This document shows, one piece after another, positions 1 to 14,970 of a stretch of DNA of 64,000 nt (positions within the stretch are counted from its first letter, which is position 1; each line of letters begins with the position of its first letter). The stretch comes from Paragordius varius (lineage: Eukaryota > Animalia > Nematomorpha): positions 8,742,001 through 8,806,000 of the forward strand of contig OZ176052.1 of assembly GCA_964247055.1 (NCBI GenBank), in the 5' to 3' direction. The notes below the pieces were generated by a model that searched no databases, was not told where the DNA came from, and saw only the letters and a list, made by a program, of their open reading frames with translations. A program made the position numbers and the translations under genes.

Positions 1-16
1 GATAACTAATAACAAC

Positions 17-159
17 CTCTAATCCTAAAATTTTTTCTATCCTTCCCATAATCATTTTTACCGACACATCTATAAATCCCAGAAAGTTGTGGATGTCCCT
101 TGGGTATGTGCAAAACTGTCTCCATGACATCCGGTGATAAATGACGGTTATATATCATT
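17..159 (-). CDS. DIP-like exon 6: Ig3 second half
   Basis: METVLHIPKGHPQLSGIYRCVGKNDYGKDRKNFRIR. Confidence 0.87.
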
Positions 160-3100
160 CTAGATTCAAATTTTTTTATTTTAATTTGGTAAATATATAT
201 ATATATAGGTATATAATTTTCCTTATGGTTTTAAAAATAAAATTTAGTTTGTTAATTAACAAATTATATATACATATCACGTTGGAAATCGACTCTTTAA
301 ATTAAACTTATGACTTTAATACTTTGTAAATTTGACTAATTAAATATATTTAAAGTAAACACTCTTACATAAAATTAAAAATACTATATAAATGATTTTT
401 TAATAAGAAAATATTTAGAAAAATATAAAATTAATAAATGTTGATAGACTTACATGTGTATATTGTTAGTAATTTTGACCCTATCTTTGAGCCAAATTGT
501 GTTTGGAGAAGGGTAGCCCTTAAACAAACAGCTAATGTTAATAGAATCACCTGTGTAGGAGATATCATCGTTGATAAGGCCCAAAGTATGAGCTTTGTTT
601 GATGGCTCAATATCCACAATTTTCGGTGGATCTATAAATTATCATTAGTAAAAGTACTTCTAGTATTTTAATAAAATAAATTATTGGTGACATTTTTTAT
701 TTTTACCTGAAATCGACGCGGTATATATTTAAAAAAACAATTTCAAAGATCTTTCTTGGACAAGTAAGCAGTACCATAAAAAATAAGGGTATTATTTATT
801 TTTAGAGTTTTTATTTTTATAAAATGTAGTAGACAGGTTAGGGTTTGGGATTATACAAATAAAAAGTAAATGGACTGATTTTTTTGTTAATTTAAAAATT
901 AACCGTTGTGATCAATTAATTTAAACTTATAATATTACTATATCTTAACACTCAACCTATGTGATATGATTTAATTTGTATCGCATGATAAGCTTATGTC
1001 TAATTTTTTAGAGCTTCAAAGCTACGGTCCAACCAGGACAGACCTAGCCCACTCTAGCACATTATAAAACAAAAAAATTTGATTTTTGAATTTTTTATTC
1101 TTTTTCATGTTTGTTACTGTAGTAAAAAACACAATTTTAATTATTTTAATCAATTTATTCAAAAAATAGTGATTCTAGTTAAATACCAAATAAACAGATT
1201 GAAAAACTCGTCCAATAATGATCACAGTTAAAAATATTTTAAAAAAAAATATTTTTCACTGTAAAAATGGTAAACCTCATATAATTTATATTAATAATTT
1301 TACATTTTATGTTAACTTGAATTTGACGGCTTACACTTGGTTGAATTCCATTTTCTGCCAAACAGACATAAATTCCAGCATCATGGCTACTAACATTGTT
1401 TAAAATAAGTTCTGTCCCTTGCTTGTTTAGGAGAACTATATAAATTATATATTATAAAATCATTGTGGGAAAACTGAAAATAATTTAATTTGGATTATAT
1501 ATATAAATTTGATTTTATATAGCGAGTTTTATTTTATTTTCTAATTTTTTTGGGAAAAGCTTTTTATAGATTACAGATAGTACAAATTGTAATTACTGAA
1601 ACTCCTTTCTAGCAATGTTTTAGGAAAAGTTTTATTGTCATACACTTTGATGGGCGTATCGACGAATCGGGCCCAACTTATGTTGGGAACAGGATTACCA
1701 TGGCTTAAGCATCGTAAAACCACATTTTGGCCAGTCAAACTTTGAATATCTTGAGATGTTTCGTCATTTATAATCTTAGGTGAATCTAAAAATATATCAG
1801 TTTAAGTAAGTTGATTTTGGCAAATATTTGAGCAAAAAAATAATTAGACTTAATGACTAAGCAGTTTCATTTTAGATCAAGGGTTGTAGAAAGAAAAAGA
1901 GTATTTTTGTTTGCAATACAGCAGCTTTTTTCTCTTCTATAGATATAGCCGCTTAATATAAGTGAATATATTTTTCGAAAAACTTGATTGTCAAACCAAT
2001 CTTTTGTCACCTACCACTTACTTACACACATTTAATTATGTCCTTATACATTTTTTAATTGCAAACAAACAAACTAACAACTTTTTCTATTAAAATACTT
2101 TGATTTGACTTACGATAAACAGTTAGATGTGTAGTTTGTGTTATGGGAGGAAATCCATTAATTTGACACATGTAGAGGCCCTGATCAGTCGTGTGGACTG
2201 GTGAAATGCGTAAAATCCATTTCATCCCATCCATCTCTTGTATGCCTTTGTACCGTCTATCCTTGGTTAATACGCGATTTCGGAATACTAATATGGTTTG
2301 CGAATCTACCCTGAGCCAAGCAATCTATCATTTTTATAAATATATATATATATATATATATATTATCATCCTAAATATTGTTTATCATGCATGCATGCAT
2401 ATTTTGTAAATACGTTAAGGTTGATAGATTTTTTTATGACTTAACAACGCTTATAGATCAGAATGATCCATCATTTTAAAAATATGCATATTTATTAGAA
2501 TACTAGTTTTAGGTGTTGACAAACCAAAGGGGTCATCCTACCAAAACGATTTTTTCTGATATATATATGATTTCTAGTTAAAGAAAAGATTTATGAAATT
2601 ATAAAGACCATAAACAGACTAAAGAAGAATATAATTGAATGCATAAATTTTGGATTATATTATGTGATTTAGATTTTTTCATTTTATTCTAATACAGTAT
2701 AAATGCATAAATTTTTGGATTTTATTTGGTGGACCTTTATACAAAATGTATGGGGAGACAACACAAAGTTTGACAGTTTTTTGCATTTATAAAATTAGAT
2801 AATATCATTTTTTGAATCATAACTTGGGATGCCATAACTAGAACTAAGAGTCCAATTTTATTCATATATTTTAATAATAATCACCATATTTATTATAGGC
2901 ATCATAATTTCATTTTTTTATTAACAGATTGTATTGATTATTACTATTTTGTCAGCTGAAAGATAATATTTTCAGATAGTTGGTTAATAATATAATGCGG
3001 ATTATTAATGGTAGTAGCAGCGTTTCAGGTTAATTGGCAAAATATTATCACTTTCATTTTTAGTCGTTTTGTGTCAAAGTTTGGGGTCAGTTAAGTTAGA

Positions 3101-6100
3101 CTCAAATTTTTAGACAGAATAATGTTTCGCCTTCAAAATCAAAAAAATCAGAGGATCACATAATTTAAGAGATATAAATACAAAAACTAAAATACGCCTA
3201 ACAGCTGATTCACGAAAGTAAAATTGTGAAAGTAATCATATGTTATTATAAATTTTAGGTTATTCAACAAGGTAAAATTTTATTAAACATTATCTATTTT
3301 TAATTTCATAATTTTGCTTGCCCAAGTTCATAATTATTATGCTTCAAGTGTTCTGCATAAATATCTGGCTATCTCTTAGTGGCTTCATCAAACACTATTC
3401 ATTTTAGTGCTTTCTTACTGAAATTTAAAAATTATTTCTAAATATGCCATGTCAAACGCGAATTCCCATAATAGTTTGTAAACAATTTAATAAGATTATA
3501 TTTTTTATCTTTTAATATAGTAATAACATTATAAATATATGAAAAATATGAACGACATTTATAAACTTGAATATACCGAGAATCAACTGTTAAGCGCAAT
3601 TAACTTTTTTACATTCATTCTTATTTCAACCTCCAACTTTTCCCGTTAAAATTACCATTATATTTATTAATTAACTTGCAGTCAACAAATATTGGAGCAT
3701 TTCACAAAAATTGTTGTAATGTATTCTAACCATTTTATTTAGTGTAATAAATTGCAATGATATTATGGTTTAAATTATAATTTTGTGTAATGTGTTAATT
3801 ATCGGAAAAGAATACTTTTAGATTGCATTTAAACCTTTCATTTTACACCCCCTACAACCTGCATGTTTGTTTTTAAAATTAATATTACATTTGATAAATT
3901 GGTGAAACCATAAATTGGTAATTGGCGCAAGCAGAAAAACAGCCTTAAATTTTGCGTTTAAATTATTTTTAATTTAAAAATCAATCAGATTGGAATTAGT
4001 TACTATCGTTAACATATGCTAGATTATTTATATTTAATATTATCATGTTAGTGGTCTTCAAAAATGATGATAGAAGTCTCTCACCAAATCACATAACCAT
4101 AATCCAATAAATCATAATCCAATAAATTTTACAATTTTAATTAATCTGCAAATTAATCAGGCGAAACATTTTAATTAAAAATTTTGTGAAAAAAATTCTT
4201 TAGAATGGCAAAATAATTTTAAACAAGTGGCTTATCACTTGGCAAATTTAAAAAACAGATATTAATCCCTAAGATGGTGTCTATAATAATCTGAAAATAT
4301 GTGTTATCTCTTTTTTAACCAACAAAGGCCCAAATTAAAAATTATATTTTAATATTAATTTTTAAATAAGTTAACATAGTAACAATAAATACATTTTACA
4401 TAAAGTAATTAAAAAATTGTGATATAAATAATTGAGTATATTAATCATTACGTCTCTGCGACCCAAAACGATAGTTATTTTAAAAATGAAGGTTTAAATC
4501 GGGGATGGCCAACCCGCTATTTTCGGTACGCAAAAGTGCTCAAAAACATGATAAATAAAAAATTGGATTTCAATCAAAAATTTACGATTATTTAGAAGAA
4601 ATATCACCCGAAATTTCGCTCTCCAAATTAATAAAAAAAACCAAAAATTATCAAAGCAGCCGCAAAAATATTTGTATTTGACACCCCTGGTTTTATTTAT
4701 ATATAAAATATTTGTCTTTATATTTTTACATGTTGTTGTCCGTACAATTTCAATTTTACTGTATATTATATTTAATTATCAATATTTTTCATATTACAAA
4801 ATGTTAAAGGTAAATTCTAATTGCTCCGTGTGTTGACATCATAGAGTAAACTTTCCTCAAAAAAAACAGACAAGTGACAGAGTTAAAAGCTTTTACCTAC
4901 AATTACTCTTCTTAGATATAGTAGTATACTAATTGCACCTTATTTCATAATATTTTTTTGCTATAAATGCTGTATCATTTTACAATATAGTAATTTGTGT
5001 GATGTATAAAGTTTGGCTTGGAATTATCAAAAATCTGGATAAAAACATAAAAATCAATAAATTTTTTTGATTTTTACCTAATATTATATGTATTATTTTA
5101 TTGTGAGAAATATATCAGGGTATTCTATCCTATATTTATGTTAGTGAAGCAAGTTTTTTTAGTGGCAAAATTATTTCTAAAATTATGTAAAAAAAACAAT
5201 TTTATTATAAAAGATAATTCATTTTCTCCATAAAACTCCGCATAAGGATTTTAAGGGGATTATCATTTTTTTTATAAATACTAAATGAATAACTAACATT
5301 TGATAAATCAAAATAAGGAATTAATTTTTAGTGTCCCCCCTCCCTTCTTTCTCCTACTCTTACGCTTCTACCATGATTGATAAGCTTAAGCTATATAGCA
5401 CAAAATAAATTTCATTAAATTTTATAATATTATATGAAAGTTTTCGCGTATATAAAAATGTCAAAACTAGGAATATTTAATGTCACAAAAAAATTGCGCG
5501 CTCATTTTAAGGCCTAGGACGACAGATTAATTCTGATGTAATTGCTTATTTCCTTCCGAAATGGCTCTCTAAATGTTATATATATAGCAAAAACATTTTT
5601 TTAATATTTCAGGGAGATTTTTCAAAACGAATAGATTGGTTTTCATAATAATTTTTATATTTTAATAAAAAATGTGTGCTTTTTTTAATATTTCAAATTT
5701 TTTAAAAAATTTGTTTTAATAATTGTAACTAATCGTTAATTAATTTTTAATGAAAAAAAACAACGATTTAATTTTAACAAAAAAAAGAGAGGTATAAAAA
5801 TTAGAAATCAATTCTCTGACCACGATTGGCAAATAAGCTATAATAATAAATATTAAATATATATTTTATATACTGCATTTTATTGACATAATAATAAAAA
5901 ATAATTTAAACGAACAATCTCTACACACGATAATTATGGAACAAAAAGGATTATGATTTATTAATACGATGCAAGTTAAAATGTTAATTGGCAATTAAAG
6001 TTAAATATGAAATGCCATATTGTTAAGTGGGGGTCTCAATCAATAAAGTAAGGATATAAATTATTTAATCGTGAGCCATTTAAAAAATTATTTAAGTTTC

Positions 6101-8495
6101 ATCTATAATATTTCCATCATTAATGATATTATGTGTTAAGTATGCTGATATCTGTGATTATGGCAACATATTTTTTTGATTACTAAAAATCATGGTTAAC
6201 AATTTACTTAAAAATCTTTTTTTTAAGGATAATTTTTAAATATTATAAAAAGTTACCCAAAAAATTCCTTTCTAGAATATGATACATACTTTAAATTATT
6301 AGCTGACGCGTTATTTTTTATTAAACCTTATTTTCAAAATATGAGTTCTCGCTTTGGGCTAATAGCAGTCAAATCAAAACATCTTATTGTTGGATTTTAA
6401 ACGCATTTATTTCTATTTCGTTTTACGAAGTTTTCCGATATGGTATGATGTATAGATAGACCATAATTTATTGTCTTCATTTGTCGCACAATGAAATATA
6501 GTTTTAAATCAGTTTAGAAAATTTATTTAGGACCTTAATCAAATAAGGTTTTTTCAAACTATTTTTTTACTCAATTAAACATACCTCTAAATTTGTCATT
6601 TATGGCTTCTAGAGACACAAAATATGACATATATAAAAATAAGAAGAATTTAGTTTCACGATTGACATAAATGAAAAGAGAAAAATAGAGCCTATAATCT
6701 TAGTAATTATAGAACAGATATGGAAGAAAAAAATAAAGGTAAAATGTTAATGCATCTAGCTGCGCTGTTTCACAGTTAAAACTGTTGTGACCAAAAAATA
6801 GGTAGTACTTTGTGTTCATTTTTTGTTTTAAAAGCAAAATAATTTATAATGTATAAAATTTTTACTTTAAACCTTGTATAGTATATAAGTAAGACAGACA
6901 TATAACAAAATCAGTTAAGTAAAGGAAGTCCTGGTGTGTCTGTGACACTTTAAAGATAAAAATAGTTAAGTGAGACAAATGGTTCCTGAGGAATATCATG
7001 TCGTTTCAATAATAATAATAAAAATGGTAGTAGCAATGATTTTTAACAAAAAACTAAGTTCTAAGGTCTGATTACGTACCTGGAAAATTTTTAGTGGTTA
7101 TATCCACTTAAAAATATATTATGGGTAAAATAATATGGTATGTAAAATTTTGTATAAATGGTTATGGTTACATATTTTAGCCTATGCATGTAAACTCTAA
7201 AAGAAGTTTTAAGTTAAAAGATTCATTATATTATGCGGTCAAAAGGCCCATAATAAGCAACGATTACTTTGATAGTAATATTAAATTATAAATATGGTTA
7301 AAATGGTGGAAATAAATTTATATCAGAATTTCTGTTATATTGACAATTATAAATCCATTTTCACATTAGGTCGAATAAAAATGGAAACAGGTAAAAAAAG
7401 CGTCAGCTAAACCCAAATATATCACGTTTAAAAAATAAAGAAAATTTCAAAGTTTTGTACAACTTTTACTGAAAACCCATAAAAAATAACTTTAATTCCT
7501 CTTTCGATTTTAAATTTTTTTTGTGTGCGAAATTTAATTGAGTATTTGGTTCCACTATTTAAGTACAGCCATTGATTATCTTAACAAATATGTTAATTCA
7601 CAATCGTTTTCCATTGGTAGATTTAAAAGCCTATAAATTAGACTGAACTTCTATATGATTAGTTTATCAAAAATGGCTTTTTTCTATAAAGAGTTTAAAT
7701 TATTTTTTGAACGCGATATATTTGGTTACCCTTTATTTTATAGTAATAGAAAATAAATTATTCTCAATATCGGATATATGTTAAGCCGAATGGGGGCAGC
7801 TAAACTTAATATATATTTCTTAGTTACATACCAAATAAAATTAGACTGGCATGATATTTTATTGTATCTATTTTCATTAAACTAATATGCACAAATAATG
7901 GTGCGCAATACTACTTAAATGAGTTAGAAAATTATTTTTCCCACTATTTTAGGGCTATTGTCATTTCCATATTTTTCAATAAAAATTATAAATTATATAC
8001 ACTTTACATACATTATGTTTTGGTCGCACATTATAATCATATTTCAATCCAACTAAGTAGCTAAGGGGGAATATTAATGCTTTTTTCATAAACGTTGATT
8101 CTAAGTGCACCCCTTCCCCGAATTTAAATTTTATGAACTATATATAAAATCTATAAAAAAATAAAATATATTTTTTCATTCACAATTAATATTACCTTAA
8201 CGGGTAAAACCGATTGAGGGTTAGTTTTTAAATAACTTTCTTCCACATTATTCCCATATTTTCCTTGTGCCAGGATACTTTGATTATTGTTACCATTAGA
8301 ATTTTCCTGTTTAAATTTTACACGACACTCCAAGACTGCAACTGAACCCGCGATAGCGGTAACATTTTGCATTGGTTCCAACATTATGTCATCCGTATTA
8401 TCCAGATTCGCCGCCATAAATACCACCGAAACCAAATAAACTATTATATTGGGATAAAAATATTGACTATTAGAAATATTTACAAAAATCAACAT
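17..8495 (-). CDS. DIP-family (Dpr-interacting protein / IgLON-like) three-Ig cell-adhesion protein, 5' six exons; continues beyond the window
   Basis: Ig1 IAWLRVDSQTIL..W.LRI..DQGLYMCQIN and Ig2 DAGIYVCLAENGIQPSVSRQI match DIP signatures (VAW.R.D.QTIL, YMCQIN, NGVPPSVSKRI). Ig3 has GIYRCVGKN. Phases are consistent across five GT-AG introns. The paralog cannot be assigned. Confidence 0.88.
454..631 (-). CDS. DIP-like exon 5: Ig3 first half
   Basis: PPKIVDI..GDSINISCLFKGYPSPNTIWLKD; donor gtaagt. Confidence 0.9.
1304..1435 (-). CDS. DIP-like exon 4: Ig2 second half
   Basis: GTELILNNVSSHDAGIYVCLAENGIQPSVSRQIQVNIK. Confidence 0.92.
1597..1785 (-). CDS. DIP-like exon 3: Ig2 first half
   Basis: SPKIINDETSQDIQSLTGQNVVLRCLSHGNPVPNISWAR. 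Confidence 0.9.
2114..2324 (-). CDS. DIP-like exon 2: Ig1
   Basis: IAWLRVDSQTILVFRNRVLTKDRRY..WILRISPVHTTDQGLYMCQINGFPPITQTTHLTV; donor gtaagt. Confidence 0.92.
4500..4689. mobile_element. hAT-type MITE in DIP-like intron 1
   Basis: Ends cggggatggccaac / tttgacacccctg; degenerate TSD gtttaaat/gttttatt. Confidence 0.6.
8196..8495 (-). CDS. DIP-like exon 1: signal-like segment + start of Ig1
   Basis: EPMQNVTAIAGSVAVLECRV; donor gtaata. The start codon is uncertain and an upstream exon is possible. Confidence 0.78.
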
Positions 8496-11400
8496 TTTAA
8501 TATAAATAAGGAACAAGAACAATTAATGGTCATTTAAAATACCGAGACGGTCAGTAATAACTATCGTTGTTATATTTACAAATATATATTTTAAGTCGAT
8601 AGTTCAATCATCAGCTTTTAGTTTAAACCACACTAACATGTTTTCAATTATTGTAAAATTTATGGGTGGAAAACATAAAAACGGACCCGGTTTGATTGGT
8701 AATCTATTGTTGGCAATATAATTTGTAAAAAGATCCTAGACTTAATAGCTCCCTTATTAAATGTGAGTATGTAGCGTTGATAGCATTCTGAGCCTAAAAA
8801 ATTGTTTTATTGGTATATTTGACATTAAGTTATTAAAAAATGCCTTTTTTAAACATAAAAGAGGTTTTCTTTTTTTTTTCTTTTGAGAGTTTCAAAATAA
8901 TTTTATTCATGATTGTAGCTAGGTTAAACCCGTATAATAGATTTAAAAAACATGCTCTCTTTAAAGAGACGATAATTGGTAACGAAAAAAGTCAAATAAA
9001 AAATAAAGTGTTAATTTAGAAATATGTTTTATAACTTCTGCAATAATAGTTATTTAATAAAGTCTAAAACAAAATGATTAGACGATCGATTGTCTAACTA
9101 TTCCTTCAAATTTCTCTTCTTTGATGAGATTATCCTTTAATGAATTATTATAACACTCAACTAAAAGACAATCATCAAATTATGATGTTGACACAAAGAT
9201 CTTTATCCAATAATAAGGAACAACAAATTCCTCCATAACTTCTTATAATTTAACATAACATACATACATAAATGTGAAATAGAAATTGCGAAAAGGAATC
9301 AAATAAATTATGTAGTTTATAGATAAAATTTGACTCTAAGTATTTTAGCATTCTTTTCTCTATTGCAAAAGAGTGTCTAGTTAAGTTCCATATTTTATGG
9401 TTTATTAAAGACATCATTATATAACTTTCACAGTACTAATAACGCGCCTATAAAAATGTAAATTTTTTGCCTTTTCCACCTCCTTTTTTTAGGAATTAAA
9501 TGACACGCTAACAACACCACTCACTATATATATCTTGAATATATAGAAAAAAATGGAACTCTATTGTGTTTGAATGTGTGGTTTAAATTTAGTCAACAAA
9601 ATTTAAGATGGGACGAAATTTGCATTTCTTAACTTTTAAAATTTATACATGGTAAAGGAAGATTTTTATTTAAAGCTTTTAGTAGTTTTAGATAAAAGTA
9701 CATCTAATAACAACATTTTAAAAATATGCAAGTCATCGGCGAAATCAGCTTGAAATTTAATTTCTCTTAAATATTTTATGAGTTGCATTCAATATGAAAA
9801 TATCCAAACAAAATACAAAAAATATTTAAGCGAATCGAGTATATGCATGGGCAAGCAGCCAGAAAAAAAAATATGCATCAACATGAAATAAATTTATAAA
9901 AATCATCTAAATTTTGCGCCCTATAATTTGCATTACCAGGGGCTGATGTTATTCCTTTCACACCCTTATTACGAAACTGCATTTTTTAATTAAATATTTA
10001 AGATATATTAAAAATAATGGTTTAAACTAATAAAATAGATTAAAATATTTTTATTATATGATATAATATATGTGATAGTAACCCAGAATTAGAATTGGAA
10101 TATCCAAAAACCGCATTTGCAAAAACATATTGATTGTGTGGTGCAAAATAAATTCTAGAAAATTCAACTTCAAAAATAAGGATATATAAGTCAAGATGTA
10201 TGTTGGGAATTAAGTCGAAGTTAAATTTTAATTTAATTAAATTAAAAAATCTGTAATAAGAATATTTTGTTAGGAATACACAATGTTTTCACTTTTATTA
10301 TCTCAGTTGTTTTTGAAATTAATCAAAGCGTTGGAATAGTAAGGCTCCAATAATATTTATGTGTATATATAATTTTTTCCCGAACCAGAAAATGCGTAAG
10401 GTAATAAAAACGTAGCCAAATTAAAAAATCTTCTAGAGTGATGCCAAAAGAATTCGACTCTCCCTCAGTAATAATTTATATTATAAGAAAGATTCGTTCT
10501 TTTCAAAAAAAAGTTACTAACGAAATATGCAAACACAAATTTTTGGCGTTTGTTAAGTGGTGGTGCCTACTCACTCACTTCTTTTCTTAAAAGGATAAAA
10601 ATTTGTGGTAAAAAATAATCAACAAATAAAAATATGGAATTTCCAAACCAATCTCAATCTCAATGTGCAGAATAAAAAGGTATTATTATAAATGCGAATA
10701 AGGATAAATATTATTTATTGTAAATTAGTCGTAAAAATTATCCAAATTTTAATCAATAAAATATTAAATTAGGAGGAGATGTGTCAAAATAAACAGATTC
10801 AATCAAAGCAATAAGGAATGCGGGCAACTAAATTTTTTTCTTGCAAAAATAAAATAATTTTGAATAAAAATGTATGAAAAAGTGGAATACAAATTTTGCT
10901 TGCAATAAGAATATGAAAATAAAAGAGGGATTTCCTGGATTCTCTACTATATGTGTATTTTTGTCACACAATAACGCTTAATATATTTTTTTATTCTGTT
11001 CCAATGTTTAAAGTATATAATAATATATATTGAGAGAAAAGAAAATTTATATTTATTTCAAATATTTTATTAAATAAAATCAATCAATATGTTTGATTAT
11101 ATAATTTTTTTTAAATAAGGTTCCTCATTGTTTAATTATTTATACTACGTATGATATGTTTGAATGATCACTTTCCATATATTAAATCGAGTAAAAAAAA
11201 ATATTTTAAAATATATATTGAAATTAATAAATTGTATTGTTGTAATTTATCATTTCTATCTTTTTTGCAAAAGCAATTTTGTGATGTTTATGATATATTG
11301 CATATGCAACTTTGCAAAACAAAAATGATTTTGATTAATTACGATTTAAATTTATTAATAAATATTGATTTGTATTTTGCCTAAAATATAATTAACAATA

Positions 11401-11872
11401 TTGTATAATAATTATTAATTAATAAATTAATTTTAATACAGCATTTATGCCTATATTAATATGGCATAATATAGAGCTTTTTATAATCCCCCCTTTCCCC
11501 CTTTCCTAACTAAATTATGTTTTTCCACAATCTGTTGCAGAATTAAGCTTTACACGATTCCATTAAAATGCTAATATTCATTTTTCCTAACTTTACTCAT
11601 AAATGGGCATTTCTTTTTATAAATATTATTAATAAGCCAATTTATTTCATAGCTGTAGACATAAAAATCTCCTGTATAAAATAGATAAGTTAAGCTCAAC
11701 TTTAAGGATACACGATCAAACTTTAATACATTATAAGCGCTTATATAAATAATATGAAATATTGCGCAACTTGCGATATTTCATATTAAATAATTTTAAA
11801 AACCTAAATTTTTAGCTACGTCTCTCATTAAATATATCCTTTGTGTCATGATATAGTTTGTCATTTTCCAAT

Positions 11873-12046
11873 CAGTGGCTCAATCCAAGTGCACAAAATC
11901 GATCGTTTAAAATAAAAAAAGGATATATTACGCCATTAAATAATGGCTATGGATTTAAAACATGGCTCCAAACTGGAACCAGAAACCGGTTTAATTGGGT
12001 TGTAACCACCCCGGTTCCATTTTTTTCGAAACGGTTCGAAGCCCTG
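11873..12046. mobile_element. Possible hAT-type MITE with AACCG-like subterminal motifs
   Basis: Right end ttcgaagccctg with clustered gaacc/aaccgg motifs; the left end is weak and no TSD was seen. Confidence 0.35.
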
Positions 12047-14082
12047 ATCTAAAATATTTAAATTTTTTTTTGAAAAAAATCTAGTTACTAAAAATTTAAA
12101 ATTAAGTTTACGCCCCAAAAGATTTCCAAAAAAAATATGAGCTATAACGAATGAAAGCAATTTCATGGAAACTTCGCCTGCGTCTAGGTGATTAATAACC
12201 TAAAATAAAAATAATAGGACACACTTTAACCACGTAAAAACTCGAAACTTATTTTCTTTAAATAAATGTTTAAAAATTATTATATAACGCATTGAGTATA
12301 ATGATGTTTCGTATAAAATACCTCTTTATCGTTGAGGATCAAACATATAGTATTTCTAGTTTTACTATAAATATAAAACTCACAAAATTCGAAAATATTT
12401 GTTGTTCCCATTACCCATAAAAAGGAACATACACCCAAAAATATCCTTTAATCAGTATACTGCTCTGTAAATTTTTCATATATAATTTACAGTAGATAAT
12501 AGTATATGTGCTTTCGCACAAATTTTTCGGATTCTGAAAGCTGGTAAATTTTTACCAATAATAACCCAGAAATATATGTTTTAATTGGAATATTCCATAT
12601 TTTCAAATAACAATTAAAAAATATGCATAAGCTTCTTTTTCATTTTTTTATTATAAGATACGAATTTAATATTGATTCATTAAAGATTCAACTCTCGCAC
12701 CCTAAGGCTGACAGTGGAAATAAAGAAGTCGAATAATTTGAGGTAATGAACTGTAGCTAATAGGTATAAGTGTGAGCCTTAAACAATATTTAAATCTACA
12801 AAAAATGCCTAAAATTTTCTAATTATTTGTTGTACAAAGAGAATTGGTTTTTCATATGCAAACATTTCATTTATCGAAGTTACCTCAATTTTTAAAAATG
12901 GATAATTGCTTACACATAAACTTAACAGTTTTTAAAATGATATTCTAAATCCTCATTTCAGGTTGTTTCGTATCTTAAACTAGATTTTCTAAATGATTTA
13001 TAACTATATTTTTGATGAAAAATACCATTATAATATATATAAAATCATCACAGATACGTGATTATAGTAAAAATTATTTTGTAAATATGTCAAAATAGCT
13101 TTGGGAATCAAACAGGAAGTCAGAAAAGTATGGATGTATGATATCGTCATTTGTTATTAACAAAATCTCCATTTTTTTGTTTATCAAGCGTTTAAAATTT
13201 GGATATAATCAATTAATATTGTCTTAATATTCCATCTATCAGTAGTTACTTGAAATCATTAATAGTTTTAAAAAAAAATTTAGCCATTTTCTCTTTAACC
13301 TTTTTATTAAATTTAGTTGGCTTTTTGGTCAAATTAATATGTCTAAATTGATATAAGCTTCTAGAGGGATGTAGTTTTTGAATTATATATTTCTGACCTA
13401 TCATACTATACGGCAAATTAAAAAGGTAAACTGGTATCTTTTTTCTTGTATAGAGGCAATTTTCCTAGCGAACAATTGACAAAAGTGTTTTTTTATTGAT
13501 TTAACCTTGGATTTTAAGCATTAATTTTTCATCACACCATAATTTTTGAGTATAATAAATCTGTTCATTGACCACAAAAATTTTAATTAAAAAATTTGTG
13601 TGACAAAGCCGTGTTGGTTTTTTAAGCCGTTAAGATAAAGAATACACACGAAAACATTCTAAATATTTGCAGGTATATTTATCTTATATATATGTATCCT
13701 TCATACCGAAAATCCTAAATAAAGATTAGTAAGAACTTCACACAATATGTATGGCCTGTGAAAAAAAGATAAAACCATCCAACATTTTTCAATCAATGCA
13801 ATTTATAAAATGGTAAACTCTGTCTGTAGACAATAAAAAAATAATATAAATTAAATTTAAAATGTGATTTAATTGAAATTAATATTTTTGTCTTCTCTCT
13901 GTTACTACCAGACTTAGTTCATAACTTTGTTTTGTGTGTGATAGTGGATGAAGAAAACGTGCGGTTTTATAAATTTTATTGATATTTTATTTGCACCAAT
14001 ACTAAAGAACATTCTTTTATAAATCAATATTTATTGGTATTTTAAGAAAAGGAATTCATATAGTACATAGAAATTTATACTA

Positions 14083-14117
<35 letters not shown>

Positions 14118-14923
14118 TAAATTAAAAACTTATTAATAATTTGGGTAAATAATTTTTTTTAGCTCAGTATGGAAGGATGGAAATACAGAAGGCCTCAAAT
14201 ATACAACATCATAAACTTAATAAAGTTTAGATTTTTTGGGGTAGTCATAAAAGAGATTTTATCTAAAACGGTAATTGTTACTCTTTCAGGCGTATCTGTC
14301 TACACAGAAATGGTTTTAGGATCATGCGCTTAGAATTAAACAAATTTCCATATATTTTTTCAAAAAATATTTTAGTTATGTTATTGCCCAACCAATTATA
14401 TTTTTATTTACAACATATAGATGCAGATTGATTCTGTAAACGATAGCATATTAGTAATAATATCGAGTATTTTCGACTTTTAAAGAATCGATTAACTATC
14501 ATTTTTGGTTCACCTTTTCACCGTATAAAAATTGAGTAAAGAAAGAGTGCTAAGTTATAAACTAGTAAATTTTTTTATAATTTTTGTAGAATGTAAGAGA
14601 AAAATACATTTAGATATGCATTAAAAATAGGTAAGGCGTGGTTAGTTATTAAGTAAAGGAGCGGCAAATAGAGATTGTTATAGAAGTTTTGTAAGAAAAT
14701 GTCAATTTCATTAGTGTATTTTTTAAATTACTTTTACTTTGCTATTATTAAACATTAATACTGCCCTTTGTTATATTAAATATTTGGCAATAATTAATAA
14801 CTTTCTAGCAATGTATACTTACTCATACTGTATATCATTTTAACTATGGATAACAATTATTTTTCTATAGATTTTGCATATATAGATTCTTAAAGTTTTC
14901 TTTAGTAAACCATGTGTTCTTCA

Positions 14924-14931
<8 letters not shown>

Positions 14932-14961
<30 letters not shown>
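14932..14961. repeat. (TA)n microsatellite
   Basis: Read directly; similar tracts near 2340, 14090, 39470 and 53960. Confidence 0.9.
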
Positions 14962-14970
<9 letters not shown>

